Below are positions 58,475-64,000 of a stretch of 64,000 nucleotides of DNA, one piece after another. The stretch's first letter is position 1. Each line of letters begins with the position of its first letter. Below the pieces are notes generated by a model. It did not search any database and was not told the DNA's origin. It saw only the letters and a list, made by a program, of their open reading frames with translations. The DNA is taken from contig JBAWWL010000001.1 of assembly GCA_037146775.1 (NCBI GenBank), positions 325,464 to 389,463 of the forward strand, given 5' to 3'. The position numbers were made by a program, and so were the translations under genes. Origin of the DNA: Candidatus Omnitrophota bacterium (GTDB lineage: Bacteria; Omnitrophota; Gorgyraeia; Duberdicusellales; 4484-171).

Positions 58475-59896
58475 ATGAATAATACATTAGAGGCATATCT
58501 TTTAGAGGCTGTAGGCAAGGCCAAGGAAGAGATTCCCGCGGAGAATCCCTATCGTACCGTTGGCTTTGATAAAGATAAAAAACGATTAGGGTGGCTGCGC
58601 GTCGTGCCTTTTGCGGATATCAAGGCAGTCCTGGAAAAAACCATTCCTTTTTTAGAAAATAAAGAAAACTTTATATTTGTTGGTATGGGAGGGTCAATAA
58701 ACGGAATTAAGCCGTTATTTTCTTTTTTTAAAACAAAATCTCTCTATGCGCTTGATAGCCTGGATCCCGCAGCGCTTAAAAATATTATCAAAAAAATAAA
58801 GCATGTAGATAAAACGCTTATAATAGCGATTTCGAAGTCAGGCACGACCCAGGAGACGCAGCTCCTTTCCGGTACGCTTAAGGAGTTATTCCCGGTGGAT
58901 TGGAAGAGCCATTTTCTTTGGTTAACTGACAAAACCGCGTTCGAAAAGCTTGACGGATTAGGTTGGGCGGGTACCGTACGTTTTCCTATTCAGTTTGATA
59001 CCGAAACTGATGTCGGGGGAAGATTTTCTTCTCCTCACACGCTTATATTTTTTCTTCCTCTTTTCATACTGCTGAAATACAATTCTAAAAAGCTGGAAAC
59101 TATCTACAAAAAGTATGTCGCTTTGCAGGGGAAGGTAAGGGCACAGGCGTATCGATTGGCCGAGAAATCTAAAGATGCTTCGTGTGCCTATTTTTCTCCG
59201 AAAGTGAAAGGGTCTTTCGGCAAAAGTTTTATTTCCTGGATTGTACAGATGTTCCAGGAATCTCTCGGTTCGAAGAAAGATTCGTTGGCGGTAAAAACTA
59301 CCCCCGCTAAAATTGCGGACAATCGTTTCATGCCGGTAGGCCTTAGCCTTGGCGTTACTCATCCGGTTGTTTCCTTAATGTCTCAAATGTATTTTTTCCA
59401 GGTGTTTATCGCATTTTACGCAGGCCTGAAAGGCGTAAATTTTGTAGATCAGGATTTTGTAGAGAAATATAAGGAAGAAATGCGCAAACTGTCATCGGAG
59501 GCCGTAAGTGATATAACTCCGGCGACGCTCGGCCAAGTTATCGAAAAGGTAAAAAAGAATGCGGGCTCAACATATCAGTTTATCGAAGTGGTGCTCTATT
59601 TTTGTCCTTCCGAGCCGACTATACGCGCGGTGCACAACGAATTCACGAAAGCATTTAAAGACAAACATATTTTTCTTTTTATCGGTAGTGACTGGAATCA
59701 TCACTCGTATCAAGCTGCCTTTTCGGACAAGAAGACGTATTATGTATTTCTTGTGTGTTCGCCCTATGCGTCAGAAGTTACGCTCATTGCCCGGGAGACT
59801 TTACGGAAAAATATCGATACGCTCAAACTTATCAGCAAGGCTACCTATCTTACCCTCAAAGATAAATCGCTTCTGTTTTCTTTAAACATTTCTTGA
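58475..59896 (+). CDS. Divergent glucose-6-phosphate isomerase-like SIS protein
   Basis: GMGGS, SKSGTTQET, VGGRFS, QESLG. Confidence 0.75.
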   Translation: MNNTLEAYLLEAVGKAKEEIPAENPYRTVGFDKDKKRLGWLRVVPFADIKAVLEKTIPFLENKENFIFVGMGGSINGIKPLFSFFKTKSLYALDSLDPAALKNIIKKIKHVDKTLIIAISKSGTTQETQLLSGTLKELFPVDWKSHFLWLTDKTAFEKLDGLGWAGTVRFPIQFDTETDVGGRFSSPHTLIFFLPLFILLKYNSKKLETIYKKYVALQGKVRAQAYRLAEKSKDASCAYFSPKVKGSFGKSFISWIVQMFQESLGSKKDSLAVKTTPAKIADNRFMPVGLSLGVTHPVVSLMSQMYFFQVFIAFYAGLKGVNFVDQDFVEKYKEEMRKLSSEAVSDITPATLGQVIEKVKKNAGSTYQFIEVVLYFCPSEPTIRAVHNEFTKAFKDKHIFLFIGSDWNHHSYQAAFSDKKTYYVFLVCSPYASEVTLIARETLRKNIDTLKLISKATYLTLKDKSLLFSLNIS

Positions 59897-60000
59897 CGGC
59901 CTCGCGTTTTTTGCGCTCGGTGTCGTAGCGTAAAAATACATAGTTTAATGGGCTTGCGTTACGTTTGATTTTTATACTGCGGATGGTATAATTCCTAACT

Positions 60001-61029
60001 ATGAAGCGGTTATTTATTAGTATAGTGCTTATTGTTATCAGCGGATGTGCAACAGCGCCTCACAGAAATGCGCCTATTGCAGGTGGCCCTGACGATTATG
60101 TATCGGTTGAAGACTTTTGTAAAAAACATAATTTTCAATATAGCTTTGATACCTTGGATGATATGATAAAGATTTCTTCGGTAAAGGATGATATTCGATT
60201 GGTGTTGTATTCAACCGTTGCATATATGAATGGCAGTCTTATTGACGTGAAGAATGCTCCGATGTATTCCAACGGAAAGATTTTGATTCCGCAGGAATTA
60301 GAAAAAATAGTTTCTTCCAAAGAATCGGGCGTGTCTAAGCCGTCTATCAGCATTTCGAACATTGTGATCGATCCTGGCCACGGCGGCAAAGATCCCGGGG
60401 CAATTTCTTGCAGAGGAGCGAAAGAGAAAGATTTTAACTTAAAGATAGCAAAATATCTCAAGGCTGAGTTGGAAGAAAGAGGATTTTCGGTAACCTTAAC
60501 GCGTACGTACGATGAGTATCTTTCGCTTCAGGAGAGAGTAGACATTGCGAAAAAACGTAACGCTGACCTTTTTATCAGTATACACGCTAATTCCAGCCGT
60601 TCAAAATACATGAAGGGAGCGGAAGTATATTATCTTTCTCCCGCTCGGCTTAACAGCGAAGAAAGAGCCGTCAATCTGGCAAAACAGGGAAATTTTGGTT
60701 CCCGTCAACTACCCGTAGATGTGGAAACGATCCTTTGGGATTTGTTGCTTACCAAGAATTACGCGTCTTCTGTTGCTTTTTCTCATTCAGTCTATTTTAG
60801 TTTCAAGCAGCTGGGATTGAAAGTGAAAGTGCCCCGCAGGGCCCCTTTTTATGTATTGCGTAATGCCTATGTTCCCTCGGTGCTGGTAGAAACGGGATAT
60901 TTGAGCAATCGGTACGAAGAAAAATATTTAAAAAAAGAATCATACCAGAAACAAATAGCCGAAGCAATTGCGCTTGCGGTAGTTTCTCTCGATAAACAGC
61001 ATAAAACATTAGCGGTGTATCATGAATAA
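60001..61029 (+). CDS. N-acetylmuramoyl-L-alanine amidase (Amidase_3), lipoprotein
   Basis: IDPGHGGKDPG, SIHAN, LVETGY. Confidence 0.92.
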   Translation: MKRLFISIVLIVISGCATAPHRNAPIAGGPDDYVSVEDFCKKHNFQYSFDTLDDMIKISSVKDDIRLVLYSTVAYMNGSLIDVKNAPMYSNGKILIPQELEKIVSSKESGVSKPSISISNIVIDPGHGGKDPGAISCRGAKEKDFNLKIAKYLKAELEERGFSVTLTRTYDEYLSLQERVDIAKKRNADLFISIHANSSRSKYMKGAEVYYLSPARLNSEERAVNLAKQGNFGSRQLPVDVETILWDLLLTKNYASSVAFSHSVYFSFKQLGLKVKVPRRAPFYVLRNAYVPSVLVETGYLSNRYEEKYLKKESYQKQIAEAIALAVVSLDKQHKTLAVYHE

Positions 61030-61816
61030 CCGGCCCATTGGCATATTCGATTCGGGGGTTGGAGGATTGACGGTGTTAAACGCCGTCACCAAGATTTTGC
61101 CTAAGGAGGATATCATTTATTTCGGCGATACCGCCCGGGTTCCTTACGGTAATAAGTCAAAATCAACCATTGTCAAATTTAGCACCGATAATATTTTATT
61201 TCTCTTACGAAAAAAAGTAAAAATGGTTATCGTGGCCTGTAACACTGCATCCGCTTTGGCGCTAGACTATCTGCAGGGAATATTTAATGTTCCGATCATC
61301 GGCGTTATCGAAGCGGGGGCAGTGAAGGCGTTAGAGATGTCGCAGTCCAAGAAAATCGCTATCATCGGCACACGTTCGACTATCGCAAGTGGCAGTTATG
61401 AGAAAGCGATAGTAAAACGGGCCAAAGAAGCAAAAGTATACACGAAAGCCTGCCCCTTATTTGTGCCGTTCGTAGAAGAAGGAATCGTAAAAGGAAAAAC
61501 GGTACAACGTATCGTAGAGATGTATCTGGCGGATTTTAAGAGAAGCGATATCGATGTAATTATTTTAGGTTGCACGCATTACCCGCTTCTTAAGAATGAA
61601 ATTGCGCAGTATTTAAAAGGCGTGCACATTGTTGACTCGGCAACGGAAGTAGCTTTCCATGCAAAAAACGTTCTTGCCGCGCACAAAAGTCTGCGTTATG
61701 AACGCCGAAGAGGGACGCAGGAATTTTATGTAACCGATGAGCCAAGAGGATTCATGAAGCTCGCAACGCTATTTCTTAAGCGCCAAATCAAAAAACCGGG
61801 AGTGGTCAATGTTTAG
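61022..61816 (+). CDS. murI: Glutamate racemase
   Basis: DSGVGG, ACNTAS, LGCTHYP. Confidence 0.96.
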   Translation: MNNRPIGIFDSGVGGLTVLNAVTKILPKEDIIYFGDTARVPYGNKSKSTIVKFSTDNILFLLRKKVKMVIVACNTASALALDYLQGIFNVPIIGVIEAGAVKALEMSQSKKIAIIGTRSTIASGSYEKAIVKRAKEAKVYTKACPLFVPFVEEGIVKGKTVQRIVEMYLADFKRSDIDVIILGCTHYPLLKNEIAQYLKGVHIVDSATEVAFHAKNVLAAHKSLRYERRRGTQEFYVTDEPRGFMKLATLFLKRQIKKPGVVNV

Positions 61817-62177
61817 GATAAAAGTAATTCAAACGTTTAGCGCCGCTCATTCGTTGCGCGGTTATAAAGGTAAATGTGAAAGTTTGCATGGCCACAACTG
61901 GAGAGTTGAGGCAGTTATCTGCGGCAGCTCACTTAATGCGACAGGTATGGTCATCGATTTTGGCAAAGTAAAAGAAATGCTTACCGAGATTCTGGATGAG
62001 CTCGACCACACGCACTTAAACAAGATAGCTTATTTCAGAAAAAATAATCCCAGCTCGGAGCATATCGCTAAATATATATATCAGCGCTTAGAGGCGTATA
62101 TGCGAGAAAAAGAATGCAAAGTTGAAGAAATATGTATTTGGGAAACGGATACTTCTTGCGCGGCTTATAGCGAATGA
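61809..62177 (+). CDS. queD: 6-carboxytetrahydropterin synthase
   Basis: SAAH, C..LHGHNW, WET. Confidence 0.93.
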   Translation: MFRIKVIQTFSAAHSLRGYKGKCESLHGHNWRVEAVICGSSLNATGMVIDFGKVKEMLTEILDELDHTHLNKIAYFRKNNPSSEHIAKYIYQRLEAYMREKECKVEEICIWETDTSCAAYSE

Positions 62178-62833
62178 AGAAAGCGGTTATTTTACTTTCC
62201 GGCGGGTTAGATTCGGCTACGACACTTTATTTTGCCAAAAAGTATGGCCACGATTTAACCGCTCTTATTTTTGACTATCATCAGCGACATAAAAAAGAGA
62301 TAAAAGCGGCAAAAAAAATCGCAAGTTTAAATAAAGTTAAATACCACATTGTAAAAATAAGTCTCGCGTGGACGCGCTCCAGTTTAACTGATGCAAAAAA
62401 GAATGTTCCGTTAAATCGTAATTTAATTGCAACCAAAATTCCTTCTACCTATGTGGCAGCGAGAAATATCGTTTTCTTAAGCTATGCCTATTCGCTGGCT
62501 GAAAGTATCGGCGCAAATAAGGTATTTATCGGCGCGCATATCCAGGATTATTCCGGTTATCCCGATTGCCGTCCAGAGTTTTTGGAGGCTTTTCAAAAAG
62601 CAGCCAATAGTGGTATGAAGCGCGCTGATGTCAAAATAGAAGCTCCTTTAATAAATAAAAGTAAAAAAGAAATAATTGAAATGGGTTTAAGGCTGGCGGT
62701 ACCTTTTCAGCATACCTGGTCATGTTACCAGGGCGGGAAAAAGCCATGCACCAAGTGTGATAGCTGTCGGTTCAGGATAAAGGCGTTTGAGGAATTGGGG
62801 ATGATAGACCCGCTATTGGAGAAATCTTTGTAA
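62174..62833 (+). CDS. queC: 7-cyano-7-deazaguanine synthase
   Basis: SGGLDS, YPDCR, TWSCY...C..CDSC. Confidence 0.95.
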   Translation: MKKAVILLSGGLDSATTLYFAKKYGHDLTALIFDYHQRHKKEIKAAKKIASLNKVKYHIVKISLAWTRSSLTDAKKNVPLNRNLIATKIPSTYVAARNIVFLSYAYSLAESIGANKVFIGAHIQDYSGYPDCRPEFLEAFQKAANSGMKRADVKIEAPLINKSKKEIIEMGLRLAVPFQHTWSCYQGGKKPCTKCDSCRFRIKAFEELGMIDPLLEKSL

Positions 62834-62879
62834 TCCTGACTGCCGATAGGCAGGCGTCTAATCTGTGTAATCAGCTATA

Positions 62880-63545
62880 ATGAAAGCCAGAATTTCCGAA
62901 ATTTTTAAAAGTATTCAGGGTGAAGGTGTATATCAGGGCAAAGAACAGGTGTTTGTGCGATTCTTTGGCTGTAATCTCAACTGTCTATTTTGTGATACTA
63001 AGCCGGAACGCTATGAAGAAAAAACAATAGAAGAGGTTATTAAGGATATTTCTGCGTATACGGATTATCATTCTCTTTCGATAACCGGAGGAGAACCGTT
63101 ATTGCAAATCGATTTTTTAAAACAGTTATTGCCGCGTTTGCGGGCGAGTGGGCGGCGTATTTATTTAGAAACTAACGGTACCTTGTACCGTCAGCTAGAG
63201 CAAGTGGTCGGTTTGGTGGATATTATTGCTATGGATTTTAAGCTGCCTTCTTCTACCGGTACAGGTGAATTTTGGGTGGAGCATAAAGCATTTTTTGAAA
63301 TTGCTTTACGGAAAGAGGTATTTGTTAAGGCGGTTATCGGCTGCGAGACGCAGGTGGCTGATGTAACGAAGATGCTTAAAATCATTAATGAGTTAGCGTC
63401 AGACACGTGTCTTGTGCTGCAATCACAGTATCCTTTTGAGGGCATGCTGCAGTTAAAATTAAACGCTATTCAGGCTTTGGCTCAGGAAAGCGGCATCAAT
63501 GCGAGAGTTCTTGGGCAACTGCACAAAGTTTTGGGTGTACGATGA
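62880..63545 (+). CDS. queE: 7-carboxy-7-deazaguanine synthase (radical SAM)
   Basis: SIQGEG, CNLNCLFCDT, TGGEP, ETNG. Confidence 0.93.
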   Translation: MKARISEIFKSIQGEGVYQGKEQVFVRFFGCNLNCLFCDTKPERYEEKTIEEVIKDISAYTDYHSLSITGGEPLLQIDFLKQLLPRLRASGRRIYLETNGTLYRQLEQVVGLVDIIAMDFKLPSSTGTGEFWVEHKAFFEIALRKEVFVKAVIGCETQVADVTKMLKIINELASDTCLVLQSQYPFEGMLQLKLNAIQALAQESGINARVLGQLHKVLGVR

Positions 63546-64000
63546 ATATTCCTGCGGGTAATAGAATTGAACAGTTAGCGGCGCAGGCAAATTTTACGTT
63601 ACGCCGGGATGTGATGAGCCTTTTGCGTAAAGCTTACCGCCGGGAACGTAATCCGCGCTCAAAAAACGCGTTGGGTTGGATTTTGGAAAATGCGAAAATA
63701 GCTCAAAGAGAACATCTTGCAATTTGCCAGGATACCGGGTTGCCGATTGTGTTTATCGAGGTGGGCCGCGGTAGCGTTGTTTCTCCTAGCGTCATAGAAA
63801 AAATAAAAACAAGCATAGAAAAAGGGTATATAAAGAATTATCTTCGTTCTTCTATCGTCGATCCTCTCGTCCGCGGAAAAGCTTCCTATCGCGGCGCAGT
63901 TGTCCATATTGAATGTTCGTCCAGAATGAAAGGGATACGCCTCACGCTTTTACCTAAAGGCTTTGGAAGTGAAAATAAGTCACAACTGAAAATGTTTAAT
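63542..64000 (+). CDS. Fe-S fumarate/tartrate hydratase alpha subunit, 3' truncated by window
   Basis: ICQDTG and PKGFGSEN motifs; ATGA overlap with queE. Confidence 0.88.
   Translation, partial: MNIPAGNRIEQLAAQANFTLRRDVMSLLRKAYRRERNPRSKNALGWILENAKIAQREHLAICQDTGLPIVFIEVGRGSVVSPSVIEKIKTSIEKGYIKNYLRSSIVDPLVRGKASYRGAVVHIECSSRMKGIRLTLLPKGFGSENKSQLKMFN

Noticed and set aside
61809-63545. queD-queC-queE as a 7-deazaguanine DNA modification (Dpd) system
   Set aside because: Embedded in a housekeeping operon more than 20 kb from the island; no dpdA/tgt paralog seen.
388-63907. Numerous 60-190 aa ORFs antisense or off-frame within long genes
   Set aside because: Shadow ORFs of well-supported CDSs, with no motifs or SDs.

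Overview
The window has two parts. (1) ~1-39.6 kb is the right-hand portion of a large mosaic integrative element. It carries a PLD + SF2-helicase module (Azaca-like), a type I R-M operon with an inserted ORF, a C5-MTase/MORC-ATPase/Z1/HNH cluster, an archaeal-style tyrosine integrase, Cys-rich and lipoprotein surface genes, a SpoVG/DUF2958 small-gene cluster, a DUF87/HerA-like ATPase, a Replic_Relax relaxase + MT-A70 + VirD4-like ATPase, and a terminal large serine recombinase whose 3' end overlaps and supplies the 5' end of host miaB. (2) 39.5-64 kb is bacterial housekeeping DNA: miaB, miaA, hflX, clpB, hrcA-grpE-dnaK-dnaJ, accD, GGDEF proteins, amidase, murI, queDCE and a fumarase subunit. 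The host is possibly Omnitrophota, which is inference only. The most striking unexplained signal is a family of six dispersed ~39-bp dyad sites (CACC-N7-CACCC-N7-GGGTG-N7-GGTG) between 19.8 and 32.3 kb. They surround the tyrosine integrase, sit directly upstream of archaeal-type BRE/TATA motifs, and in two cases abut truncated gene remnants. This suggests an integrase-driven gene capture or shuffling system, or alternatively a wHTH regulon, inside an apparently archaeal-derived block in a bacterial chromosome. All family assignments come from motif recognition by eye; no searches were run.
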